Source: a virus (taxonomy: Duplodnaviria > Caudoviricetes). Taken from it: 64,000 nucleotides of DNA. A model generated the notes under the pieces. That model had not been told where the DNA came from. It saw only the letters and a program-made list of their open reading frames with translations, and did no database searches. Position numbers and translations under genes: made by a program. The stretch is from positions 32,001 to 96,000 of IMG/VR virus record IMGVR_UViG_3300032219_002522; one strand, 5' to 3'. Below are positions 18,765 through 27,167 of the stretch, in pieces (within the stretch, counting starts at the first letter, position 1; each line of letters opens with the position of its first letter).

Positions 18765-19691
18765 ATGAATAATCTACTATCTTTTAAAGATTTTGTTCTC
18801 TTCGAAGACAAAGAGACTAATACAACAAAAAAACTCTTCGATCTTGATAACAAGATGACTTATAAAACCATTAAGGATTTAAGAACATCTAAAATAGGAG
18901 ACAAAATATACACTTTTTTCTGCGTCGGAAGCGGAATGGAAGCTTATGCAAATTCATTTATAGAAAAAGATAAAGAGAGAGGGGAGGCGCTTCAAAAAAT
19001 TGCAAACAACAAGGATAAAACATTAGTTTTTAGTGAGCAGGGAATATACGTAGTATCTGAGGCGGTATTTAACGGCCTAGTTTCTCTTTCGACAACTATC
19101 TTTACATACGTTCCAGATGGATCTATAACAACAGGAATTAGTATAACAAGGGTTTTTAAGCTTATTAATGTTTACTACAATAATAAAGGAAAAGCACCAT
19201 TCGATAGTATGAAGGAGGATCCGGCAACAATAGCAAAAACAATAATATCGGATCTTTATAAATTGGCTGATTCATCACCTAAGGCATCAGAAGCGGTATC
19301 TGTTCTAACAGTAGCACTTTATAAGTCTTCTCCTTCATCGTTTAAAACAATACCTAATTTCTTAGAAGATTGTGTTTATAATACAGCAAAAGATCTAAAT
19401 CTAAAATCTGTAAAAGTTGGACAGAACATAGAAGATTTCTACAAAGTAGCACAAAATACTCTGGATAATCTTAATATACCGATTCTTAAAAATATAGAAA
19501 TGGGTCTTGATAAAATGTCCGCAATAGTAGAAAGGGGAATAAGAAAGACTAATATATTTTCAACAAAGATAGGTAAAGAAGCTGGAGAGGCTTTAAAAGC
19601 AGCGCAAGAAAGAATAGCTCCTACTGGTAAAGCTATAGCTTCTAAGAGCAAACCTATATGGGATTCGATATTTGGAAAAAAATCGAAATGA
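18765..19691 (+). CDS. Putative internal virion protein, paralog of 19720..20874
   Basis: CTS-like MNNLLSFKDFVLFE; collinear similarity to the next ORF. Confidence 0.6.
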   Translation: MNNLLSFKDFVLFEDKETNTTKKLFDLDNKMTYKTIKDLRTSKIGDKIYTFFCVGSGMEAYANSFIEKDKERGEALQKIANNKDKTLVFSEQGIYVVSEAVFNGLVSLSTTIFTYVPDGSITTGISITRVFKLINVYYNNKGKAPFDSMKEDPATIAKTIISDLYKLADSSPKASEAVSVLTVALYKSSPSSFKTIPNFLEDCVYNTAKDLNLKSVKVGQNIEDFYKVAQNTLDNLNIPILKNIEMGLDKMSAIVERGIRKTNIFSTKIGKEAGEALKAAQERIAPTGKAIASKSKPIWDSIFGKKSK

Positions 19692-19719
19692 TTAATAGAT
19701 ATATATATATAAAAACAAC

Positions 19720-20874
19720 ATGGCAAGAATATTATCATTTAGTGATTTTAACGAACTAAGCGAAGGCTATAACTTTAACGGAAGCGATTATGGTTTTAAG
19801 GATCTTTCTAGTTACGTTGAATTATCTGAATCAGAAATGCTTTCTTTATTTGACAACGAAATCTATGAAGCAGCTCCGAAAGGAAACACTGTACAAGGTG
19901 GATTATTTGATGTTAACGATAAGAACGTTTATAATGCAGTTAAAAACGTAAAAACTGCTGTTATCCAAGGTGCTCAATACACTTTCTTAACAATAGGTCA
20001 AGGTATTAAAGCTTATGCTGATGCACAAGTTAAAGCTGCAAAAGCTACCGGACAAGCTTTATTAAATTTAGCAAAATTTACTGGTAAAGTTGTTATATTT
20101 ACTGCTGCTGGACTTTATGTAGTAACTGAAGCAGTTGCTACTGGATTAATTTCTCTAGCAACATCTATATTTGGATATGCAAAAAAAGGAGCTATTGCAA
20201 TTGGTAGTACTCTTGTTACTGCATTAAAAAATGCTAACGATTACTTTAAAAAATTAGGCAAAGCAGTATTTAATACTATTAAAAATGATGCTTTAGCAGT
20301 TGCTAAAGTTTTTATGACAGGTTTATATAAAGTTGCTAATTTAGCTTCTCAAGCTGCTCAAGCAGTTGCATCTCTAACCGTTGCAGCATATAAGATAGCT
20401 AAAACAGCATTTAAATCTATTACTAACTTTGCAGCAGAGTGTATATACGGAGCAGCTAAAGCAGCTAAGACTGTTGCTATTAAAATAGGAAAAGCGGTTG
20501 GTGATTTTTATAATGCTTCTGTAAGTGTATTTAAATCTGCTAAGGATGCTATTGTAAAAACTATAAAAACTGGATTTAACGCAGTAGCAAATACTGTTAA
20601 AGCTGGTGTGCAAAAAACAGTTAAGGTTGCTGCTAAAATAAAAACGGGAGTTGGAAATGCTCTTAAGGCCGCACAGAATAAAATCGTTAATACCGGAAAA
20701 GAAATACTTTCAGTTGGTAGCGCTATATTTAGGGGTCTTTGGGATCACGAGATTTACCAAGGAACTGACGAAGATATTTTTGAATCCTATGTTATTGTTG
20801 AGGGACAAAGATACTACGTGCCAGTTGATTCATACGATGATTACGATCTAGATATTTTCGGATCACAGTATTAA
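19720..20874 (+). CDS. Ala/Lys-rich amphipathic putative internal/ejection protein
   Basis: MARILSFSDFNELSE; long amphipathic helices; strong GCT/GCA, GGT, ACT codon bias. Confidence 0.6.
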   Translation: MARILSFSDFNELSEGYNFNGSDYGFKDLSSYVELSESEMLSLFDNEIYEAAPKGNTVQGGLFDVNDKNVYNAVKNVKTAVIQGAQYTFLTIGQGIKAYADAQVKAAKATGQALLNLAKFTGKVVIFTAAGLYVVTEAVATGLISLATSIFGYAKKGAIAIGSTLVTALKNANDYFKKLGKAVFNTIKNDALAVAKVFMTGLYKVANLASQAAQAVASLTVAAYKIAKTAFKSITNFAAECIYGAAKAAKTVAIKIGKAVGDFYNASVSVFKSAKDAIVKTIKTGFNAVANTVKAGVQKTVKVAAKIKTGVGNALKAAQNKIVNTGKEILSVGSAIFRGLWDHEIYQGTDEDIFESYVIVEGQRYYVPVDSYDDYDLDIFGSQY

Positions 20875-21352
20875 TAGAAACAAAACCTAAAAACATACCT
20901 ATTAAATGACCCCCGTGGGATATTCCATCGGGGTCATTTAGTGTAACGACCTCTCCTATCAATATAATAGCCAAAATTGGTATAAGGAATTTATTTGATA
21001 ATAGTAATCTTGTTAAAAGAAAATACACCAATCCAGATATACCTATAGAAATTTGAACTCCGAAAAAAGTAAGTATAAAAGTAAAGGTCTGAACGACTAT
21101 AGTTATTAATACCATCTGCTTTATATCATATTTGTTACCACTATGAATAAGTAACAAAAATATTGCTATTATATTAAATAGAAAATGATCTAAAGATTGG
21201 TGAATAAATCCACTAATAAATGGTAAGGATATAGCTAAATCAGCATTTCCCCCAAGTATAAGCATCATAATTAATCCTAGCGGGTATGCTAATACGCATA
21301 CTCCTAATACCTTTAATGTTTCTATAGCAGATCTTTTTAAATTTTCTTTCAT
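20792..21352 (-). CDS. Rhomboid-family intramembrane serine protease
   Basis: FIHQSLDHFLFN, GISG (catalytic Ser), SHGGHLIG (catalytic His), multiple TM helices. Confidence 0.8.
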   Translation of the reverse strand: MKENLKRSAIETLKVLGVCVLAYPLGLIMMLILGGNADLAISLPFISGFIHQSLDHFLFNIIAIFLLLIHSGNKYDIKQMVLITIVVQTFTFILTFFGVQISIGISGLVYFLLTRLLLSNKFLIPILAIILIGEVVTLNDPDGISHGGHLIGMFLGFVSINTVIRKYLDRNHRMNQLARSIFVPQQ

Positions 21353-21408
21353 TTTTTTGTTTTGTAATACAATAGTAGAAAACCCAAAGAAATATAAAAA
21401 AAGATTCT

Positions 21409-21474
21409 AAATCATTTTTTATATTAAATAAAAAGGTCTATATTTGTGAAACAAAACAAAAGGAACGATATATA
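21409..21474 (+). promoter_or_regulatory. Dual promoter (host-type TATATTTG and late GATATATA) of tRNA operon 1
   Basis: TATATTTG at 21439-21446 and GATATATA at 21467-21474; same layout at 27121-27156. Confidence 0.65.
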
Positions 21475-21482
21475 ACAGATAT

Positions 21483-21557
21483 ATGAAAAACCTAAACAAC
21501 ATATTACCTTTAATATTAAGACCGTCGATAAGACGATCTCTAAAGGTCCTGTGTTAG
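21483..21557 (+). CDS. Attenuator leader peptide 1, MKNLNNILPLILRPSIRRSLKVLC
   Basis: Codons 7-19 ATA TTA CCT TTA ATA TTA AGA CCG TCG ATA AGA CGA TCT match the downstream tRNAs; the 3' end overlaps the antiterminator strand. Confidence 0.75.
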   Translation: MKNLNNILPLILRPSIRRSLKVLC

Positions 21558-21612
21558 TTTTCAATATATACTAAACTAAAAAACCGGGACCTTTAAAAGC
21601 CCCGGTTTTTTT
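21541..21612 (+). terminator. Attenuator 1: terminator with alternative antiterminator
   Basis: Terminator AAAAAACCGGG...CCCGGTTTTTTT (21578-21612); antiterminator TAAAGGTCCTG (21541-51) pairs with CGGGACCTTTA (21585-95). Confidence 0.8.
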
Positions 21613-21614
21613 AT

Positions 21615-21630
21615 GGTCTTTGAAATATTG
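21615..21630 (+). promoter_or_regulatory. boxA-like element GGTCTTTGAAATATTG
   Basis: Near-identical to 27337-27352 and 15302-15314; resembles rrn boxA. Confidence 0.55.
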
Positions 21631-21642
21631 AATTATTAAATT

Positions 21643-21729
21643 AGAGAGTTGCCAGAGTCAGGCTTAATGGATCAGTCTTGAAAACTGACGTAGTGAAAGC
21701 TACCAGGGGTTCGAATCCCTCACTCTCTG
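21643..21729 (+). tRNA. tRNA-Ser(UGA)
   Basis: Cloverleaf, loop CTTGAAA, long variable arm, G73. Confidence 0.9.
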
Positions 21730-21734
21730 CTCAT

Positions 21735-21806
21735 GGGTCTATAGTTAAAGGGATATAACCCTAGCCTTCTAAGCTTGTATTCCTGGTTCGAGTCCAGGTG
21801 GACCTA
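21735..21806 (+). tRNA. tRNA-Arg(UCU)
   Basis: Loop CTTCTAA, T arm CCTGG-TTCGAGT-CCAGG. Confidence 0.9.
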
Positions 21807-21810
21807 CACA

Positions 21811-21970
21811 AAGCCCTCTGCCTAGCGCTGGGTATGGATCGAAGATAGAATAGGCCTCTACACCGTAGACAGGTAGGATACCTCGGTATTCTTTAATGAT
21901 ATGCACACTTATTCTCTAAATCGTGGGTTAGCACAGTTTGTATGTTCTGGGGATATTTAAAGACATACAA
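21811..21970 (+). ncRNA. Unidentified structured RNA inside tRNA array 1
   Basis: Nested stems AGCCC/GGGTT, AGAATAGG/CTTATTCT, TGCCTA/TGGGTA, TCTAC/GTAGA and AGGATAC-CTCG-GTATTCT, then a TTGTATGT/ACATACAA hairpin. Confidence 0.45.
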
Positions 21971-21973
21971 TTT

Positions 21974-22046
21974 CGGGATGTAGATCAGTTGGTAGATCGC
22001 CTGGTTTGGGGCCAGAAGGCCCTAGGTTCGAGTCCTAGTATTCCGA
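21974..22046 (+). tRNA. tRNA-Pro(UGG)
   Basis: CGGGATG acceptor, loop TTTGGGG. Confidence 0.9.
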
Positions 22047-22053
22047 CAGCCAC

Positions 22054-22127
22054 AGAGGCGTAGCTCAATTGGTTAGAGCACATGCCTTATACGCATGCGG
22101 TCACGAGTTCGACTCTCGTCGTCTCTA
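22054..22127 (+). tRNA. tRNA-Ile(UAU)
   Basis: Clean cloverleaf, CATGC-CTTATAC-GCATG, A73. Confidence 0.85.
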
Positions 22128-22130
22128 CTT

Positions 22131-22204
22131 GGTCCCTTAGCTCAGTAGGTTAGAGCAACTGACTCATAATCAGTAGGTCCACGGTTCGAGCCCGTGAGGG
22201 ACCA
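22131..22204 (+). tRNA. tRNA-Ile2(CAU, lysidine type), less likely Met
   Basis: Loop CTCATAA; GGTCCCTTAGCTCAG body resembles ileX-type tRNAs. Confidence 0.8.
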
Positions 22205-22219
22205 CAAAATTAATAATCT

Positions 22220-22300
22220 GCCTGGGTGGTGAAATTGGTAGACACGTTCGGCTTAAGATCGAATGCGAAATGCGTGAGGGTTCGAGTCCCTCCTCGGGTA
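22220..22300 (+). tRNA. tRNA-Leu(UAA)
   Basis: Loop CTTAAGA, long variable arm, A73. Confidence 0.9.
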
Positions 22301-22305
22301 CATAT

Positions 22306-22408
22306 ATAAGAGTGGCGGAAGCGAGATCATTTATGATCCGATGGAGAGACGCTAGGGTGTCATGCCAGAGAACGAAAATTCATGTTGGTTCAAGTCCAAC
22401 CTCTTGTA
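22306..22408 (+). ncRNA. tRNA-like RNA with Leu-type body, D-loop hairpin insertion and degenerate anticodon arm
   Basis: ATAAGAG/CTCTTGT acceptor, TGGCGGAA...AGACGC D arm, perfect T arm GTTGG-TTCAAGT-CCAAC. Confidence 0.65.
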
Positions 22409-22421
22409 CTTTTTAGATTTT

Positions 22422-22973
22422 TTACTTAACCTCTTTAATTCTGAAGTATCCTCGGTGATCGGTTTTACCTGGTTCTACACCATCTTCGAATTTACAATAT
22501 CCAGTAGAATTAAAGAAGTTCCATTCTTCTCTTCTACCTTTACTAAGTTTATCCTGTGGCATTAAAGATCTATTATATTCTTGATTTTCTTGGTTAATTC
22601 TCTTATACATTCCATTATAAAATGTAGATGTGCTAAGTAAATTCGTAGCTTCTTCCATTAATCTTCGATTGATATTATAGTCAAATATAGCCTCATGAAT
22701 AGAAATCTCTGAAATGTCTCTTCTATAGCTAATCCATTGTGATATAACTCCACCATAATTATATGGTGTATAACCTAAATCCCCTACGTAAAAAAGATTA
22801 AAATATGGAGAATTCTCTTTGCTGTGATCGAACAACCTTATGTTAGTATTAAAATGTGGTACAGTTCCACTGAATTCTTTCATTCTATTATAGAATTCAG
22901 GCAGTATCTCTAATGTTATTGATGTCGGATTATTATTTGCATCAAATCCCTCAAATAGCTTAATGTGTTTCAT
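22422..22973 (-). CDS. Late protein with CTS-like N-terminus
   Basis: MKHIKLFEGF after a minus-strand GATATATA. Confidence 0.6.
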   Translation of the reverse strand: MKHIKLFEGFDANNNPTSITLEILPEFYNRMKEFSGTVPHFNTNIRLFDHSKENSPYFNLFYVGDLGYTPYNYGGVISQWISYRRDISEISIHEAIFDYNINRRLMEEATNLLSTSTFYNGMYKRINQENQEYNRSLMPQDKLSKGRREEWNFFNSTGYCKFEDGVEPGKTDHRGYFRIKEVK

Positions 22974-23019
22974 ATGATTATATATCTAAATATCTAAATA
23001 AATGTGATATATAATGTAT

Positions 23020-24633
23020 ATGAAAAAGTACATAAAACTATTCGAGGAGTTTGTTTTTGAATACCTATCAAAAGCTTCTAAAATAATTAATAATATTAGC
23101 GAATTACCTAAAGTTGGAGAACCTGTAGTCAAACAGGATTTTAGCGAGGACGGTATAGTAGCTATTGATTGGAAGAACTTAGTTTTTATTAGATCCTCAG
23201 ATGAGCTTCCCACTCTTCGAGGTAAAGATATGCTACTTCACACAGGAAAAGCTCTAAAGAGCGTAGGTTTCAATGACTCTTTCGAGAAGTACCTCAAGAA
23301 GAAGTACAATAATGACATCAACGACCCTGAAAATACATGGATAAAGGAAGAACCTCACTACAAGGACTTTGAAACTTTTCGAAAATGGATGATAGATGCT
23401 CATTCCACCAGATGGACAAAACACTTTACGTTGAACCACGTAGTTTCTTCTCACTCTGGTGGAAACTGGACAGGTAACAAGTACATCTACTTGATGCCCG
23501 GAGAATCTATGATCAAGACTAACGGAAAACCTGCTAGTCTCTTTGCTATAGACACTTACTATGACAAGAGCTTGGTAGTGTCTGACGGTACAGTAGTTCT
23601 TTACTTACCTGAAGCAGATGAAGAAGTTAGGGAGTTTGTGGCTAAAACAGCTGAGAACAGAAACCAAATTTATTTCTTGAAGATAAAAGGAGATATTGTC
23701 GATTACGAGCTGAAAGATGCCAACGATGCGATAGAAGCTATGGGATACACTACGTTTAGTGGGGGCTCTCACTACTCAACCGAGTATAATCTTGACAGTG
23801 AGATGAGAGATTTACAAGACAGGGAAGACATCAGAAAAAGTGGACTACACTGGGGTTCTAAATGGTACAATCTTGAGAAGGGACAAACACACTGGGAAGA
23901 TTTTATGAGTCTAGGGAAGATAAAAAGATCCCAGTATAAAAACTTGAACATCAAGAAAGAAGAACAGGAGTACCAAGAACATAGAGGATTCAGCAAAGAT
24001 TACTTGAAAGAGTGCGTGAAATCGTTATCAAAATCTCATTCGGAAGATCCTTTCGACAAAGAAGTTGTGCGCAACTACTTACGATACATGACGATGGTTT
24101 GCAAGATCATAGCTACTCCTAAATTTTCAATGAAACAGTTCGATGAGACTGCAGGTTTCAGTTGGAATAATTCGGATGAACACGCGTTAAGTATGGATTC
24201 ATGGGATCCGAATAAATTAGAATCTGAGTTAGATAGAGATTTTGAGGCTCACCCTGAATACACAAGACCTGAACGATACGGTTACGGAACTCCAGCACAA
24301 AAAGAAGTTATGGCTAAAAGGAGCAATGAATACATAGGGGAGTATTACTATTTCAATAAGTACCTACTGTTCGACATAAAGCAAGCGTTTAAAACTTCAT
24401 GGATAGGAAAGTTCCTCCAGGATAACCGTAAAGAACTAGAAATTTTACAGGATATTATTATTAAAAAGAAAGAAAGCCCAGAATGGGAAGAAGCTGCCGG
24501 TAAGATAGCTGATAGATTAGTAGACAGTCCAGTATTTCCTGATCTTTTAAACATTGGATCATATCTAATAGCAATGAATAGAGGAGCTAAAAAGTACGGA
24601 TATAAGGACGTTTATGACATGCTTGAATTATAA
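23020..24633 (+). CDS. Putative internal virion protein of unknown function
   Basis: MKKYIKLFEEFVFE; GATATATA at 23006. Confidence 0.6.
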   Translation: MKKYIKLFEEFVFEYLSKASKIINNISELPKVGEPVVKQDFSEDGIVAIDWKNLVFIRSSDELPTLRGKDMLLHTGKALKSVGFNDSFEKYLKKKYNNDINDPENTWIKEEPHYKDFETFRKWMIDAHSTRWTKHFTLNHVVSSHSGGNWTGNKYIYLMPGESMIKTNGKPASLFAIDTYYDKSLVVSDGTVVLYLPEADEEVREFVAKTAENRNQIYFLKIKGDIVDYELKDANDAIEAMGYTTFSGGSHYSTEYNLDSEMRDLQDREDIRKSGLHWGSKWYNLEKGQTHWEDFMSLGKIKRSQYKNLNIKKEEQEYQEHRGFSKDYLKECVKSLSKSHSEDPFDKEVVRNYLRYMTMVCKIIATPKFSMKQFDETAGFSWNNSDEHALSMDSWDPNKLESELDRDFEAHPEYTRPERYGYGTPAQKEVMAKRSNEYIGEYYYFNKYLLFDIKQAFKTSWIGKFLQDNRKELEILQDIIIKKKESPEWEEAAGKIADRLVDSPVFPDLLNIGSYLIAMNRGAKKYGYKDVYDMLEL

Positions 24634-24643
24634 TTAGAATAAT

Positions 24644-25066
24644 ATGATTAAAAAACTATCATATTTCGATATATCCGGAATAATTACAAAGCAATATCCT
24701 GAATATACTCTAATAATAGGTAAAAAATCTGAGGATATATTTAATTATTTTGCCGTAGATGAGTTACATGGACTATATAGAGATAAATGTCATGATAATC
24801 CAAATAACGCTTATATAGCTGGTTTATGTAACGTTTATCCTAATGATCATAATAAATTCTTTATCTTTCTAAATTCGATTAGATTAGATAACGGATACAA
24901 GGACGTCCTTTTAATAATGCACGAGTGTATGCACATGTCTCTAGAGATTCATGGTACAGATTTGACATATAGAGATGGAAATGACATAGAAGAAATTGCT
25001 ATAACTTGGGCAGAGAAGAATTCTGAATCAATTTACGAATTCATTATGTCCAAAGGAATATTATAA
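24644..25066 (+). CDS. HExxH hypothetical protein
   Basis: IMHECMH ... EEIAITWAE. Confidence 0.5.
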   Translation: MIKKLSYFDISGIITKQYPEYTLIIGKKSEDIFNYFAVDELHGLYRDKCHDNPNNAYIAGLCNVYPNDHNKFFIFLNSIRLDNGYKDVLLIMHECMHMSLEIHGTDLTYRDGNDIEEIAITWAEKNSESIYEFIMSKGIL

Positions 25067-25088
25067 AAAATAGGATATATAATGGGTC

Positions 25089-25460
25089 ATGCACGATCAC
25101 ATTAAAATATCCGGACTTGGTATAGAAATATACAAAAATGATATACCAGGGGTAAGATGGTATAAAGCTCAGTCTTTTATTAATGATCTTGGAAATGGAT
25201 GGAGATTGCCTTCATTAAAAGAACTTGCTTTAATAAAAACACTAAGAGATCTTGGTGGCATAGGTAGATTTCCTACCGAATATTCAGATTTTTCTGATTC
25301 GTATTATTGGAGTAATGAGGAAGGCGAGGTTACTAGTATAAGAACACAAGGGAAAGATGGGAAAAGTAACTATGCTTACTTTTTTGATATGTCGGAGGGA
25401 ACTTCTTCACATAATAAAAAATCATACGATCTTAGGGTTAGGTTTGTCAGAGATATATAG
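25089..25460 (+). CDS. DUF1566 (Lcl C-terminal, C-type lectin-like) protein
   Basis: GWRLPSLKEL, YYWS, AYFFDM..G, VRFVR. Confidence 0.75.
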   Translation: MHDHIKISGLGIEIYKNDIPGVRWYKAQSFINDLGNGWRLPSLKELALIKTLRDLGGIGRFPTEYSDFSDSYYWSNEEGEVTSIRTQGKDGKSNYAYFFDMSEGTSSHNKKSYDLRVRFVRDI

Positions 25461-25463
25461 AAT

Positions 25464-26315
25464 ATGCCAACAACAAGACCCTTTGCATATAATCCAACAC
25501 AATCAACAATTTCAGGAACTACAAATGTAGGTACATTATGCGTAGGTGTATCTGCTTTAAACTATGGTGCAAATCCAGGAGGACTAACTTGGTGGATGGG
25601 TCCGGACGAGGATAATTCTTATGTAATATCTAAAGATGTACCAACTTCAAACTTTCCTACCCCAGTAGGAAATGTAGGCACTGTACAATTTTGGAGATGC
25701 TCTAATACAGATGAAGCTTTTAGAAGTACAGTACAAATAATAAGCGGTATCACTCAAGCTTCCGCTTTAGCAGCTAGTGATTGGTTAACAACAAATGGAT
25801 ATTGGACTAATCGGAATCCATATCTTGCAGGTTTATATAAAACAACTTACTCCGGATATTTTGCTGATAATGTTAGTTTCTTTGCAACTGCTACTCCTGC
25901 ATCAGTAGGGGGAAATCCAGCTACATCAGTACAAACAACATCTATATTTGAACCCGCTCAAAATGATGGCGAGAATTTTAGTTGTCAATGGCTAGGTTAT
26001 TTTAAACCAACAACTTCTGAAACATATACATTCTACACTTCAAGTGACGACGCTTCGTATGTGTGGATAGGTTCAAATGCACAGACAGGGTTTACAACTA
26101 CAAATTCAACAGTTAATAACGGGGGATTACATGGGACACAAGAACGTTCAGGTTCTATTGCATTAACTGCTGGTACATATTATCAAATAAGAATACAATT
26201 TGGTGAACTAAGTGGAGGTGACGTAATGACTTTTAGTTATTCAACCCCTACTATTACAAAAACTACCAATGTAACAGGACTAGTATTTTATAATCCGTCC
26301 ACTAATGGATTCTAA
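25464..26315 (+). CDS. PA14-domain carbohydrate-binding virion protein
   Basis: NFSCQWLGYFKP..ETYTFYTSSDDASYVWIG...NNGGLHG...YYQIRIQFGE. Confidence 0.8.
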   Translation: MPTTRPFAYNPTQSTISGTTNVGTLCVGVSALNYGANPGGLTWWMGPDEDNSYVISKDVPTSNFPTPVGNVGTVQFWRCSNTDEAFRSTVQIISGITQASALAASDWLTTNGYWTNRNPYLAGLYKTTYSGYFADNVSFFATATPASVGGNPATSVQTTSIFEPAQNDGENFSCQWLGYFKPTTSETYTFYTSSDDASYVWIGSNAQTGFTTTNSTVNNGGLHGTQERSGSIALTAGTYYQIRIQFGELSGGDVMTFSYSTPTITKTTNVTGLVFYNPSTNGF

Positions 26316-26350
26316 TTCAATAATTAGATATATACAATAAAATCAAAGAA

Positions 26351-26629
26351 ATGAAGCATATTAAAAATTATCAGGCTAAAAATTCTAAAATTAACGAGGG
26401 ATTTTGGGATTCTCTTTTTGGTAGACCCACTGTTGATGATGCTGCTCACGATCAAATGAGAGGTCAAGGATGGAGTCACAGAGGTAAAGATGAAGAAAAC
26501 TACATCATGTTCCAAGGGCAAAAGTTCTATCCCGATCAAATCCAATATGATGATGTTTATTCAACTAAACAAATACCAAGAGTTGAAGGGGGTATGTTAA
26601 TCGTAGCTAATCCAGCTTGGAATTTGTAA
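26351..26629 (+). CDS. Small late protein with CTS-like N-terminus
   Basis: MKHIKNYQ...INEG after GATATATA. Confidence 0.55.
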   Translation: MKHIKNYQAKNSKINEGFWDSLFGRPTVDDAAHDQMRGQGWSHRGKDEENYIMFQGQKFYPDQIQYDDVYSTKQIPRVEGGMLIVANPAWNL

Positions 26630-26701
26630 AAAAAATCAGAAATCTTTTTTTTCTTATTATTTTGATCTCTATATTTGGATCCTAATTAAAAAACTTTTAC
26701 A

Positions 26702-27079
26702 ATGAAATTAAACAAAATGAGCAGGGTTACTATGAAGGTAGCTCACGAGAATCCAGATGCTAGCGTGAACTTCACAGCGGTAGGGATAGGAAAAGATCAA
26801 AGAGAAGCAGCTATCTTCGCATTAGGATCCTTCTTAAATGTTATGAATGGTATTAGTGAGGAAGGAATTTCGGATTACAATGAAGCTTTAGAAATGGTAA
26901 ATGGTCAATATTCGGAAGCTGAAATAGTATCGTTTATGGAAAAACAATTAGAAAGCAATTCAGGTTCTTTCTTTAATGCTTACGAATCTACTGATGTTGA
27001 TTATTCATGGGATGAAGTAGAAGGTGAAGAAGCTGGAGGATTAATCCAAGAAATGGAAATAATCGAAGAGGAATATTAA
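26702..27079 (+). CDS. Acidic early hypothetical protein
   Basis: Preceded by TATATTTG (26670); very acidic C-terminus. Confidence 0.6.
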   Translation: MKLNKMSRVTMKVAHENPDASVNFTAVGIGKDQREAAIFALGSFLNVMNGISEEGISDYNEALEMVNGQYSEAEIVSFMEKQLESNSGSFFNAYESTDVDYSWDEVEGEEAGGLIQEMEIIEEEY

Positions 27080-27167
27080 AAAATATCAAAGAAACATTTT
27101 TTTATTCAATAAAAAGATTGTACATTTGTGAAACAATATCAGAAAAGAGATATATAAACAAGAAACA

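Noticed and set aside
21735-21806. Possible amber suppressor (CTA within the anticodon loop) and TAG recoding
   Set aside because: The 7-nt loop CTTCTAA centres on TCT (Arg), and conserved genes read through intact in code 11 with TAG used as a stop.
22306-22408. tRNA-Sec or opal suppressor (TCA) call
   Set aside because: The anticodon stem barely pairs, there is no U33 in that register, and the acceptor and D arms lack Sec geometry.
25089-25460. Diversity-generating retroelement target (DUF1566)
   Set aside because: No template repeat or reverse transcriptase was seen in this window.
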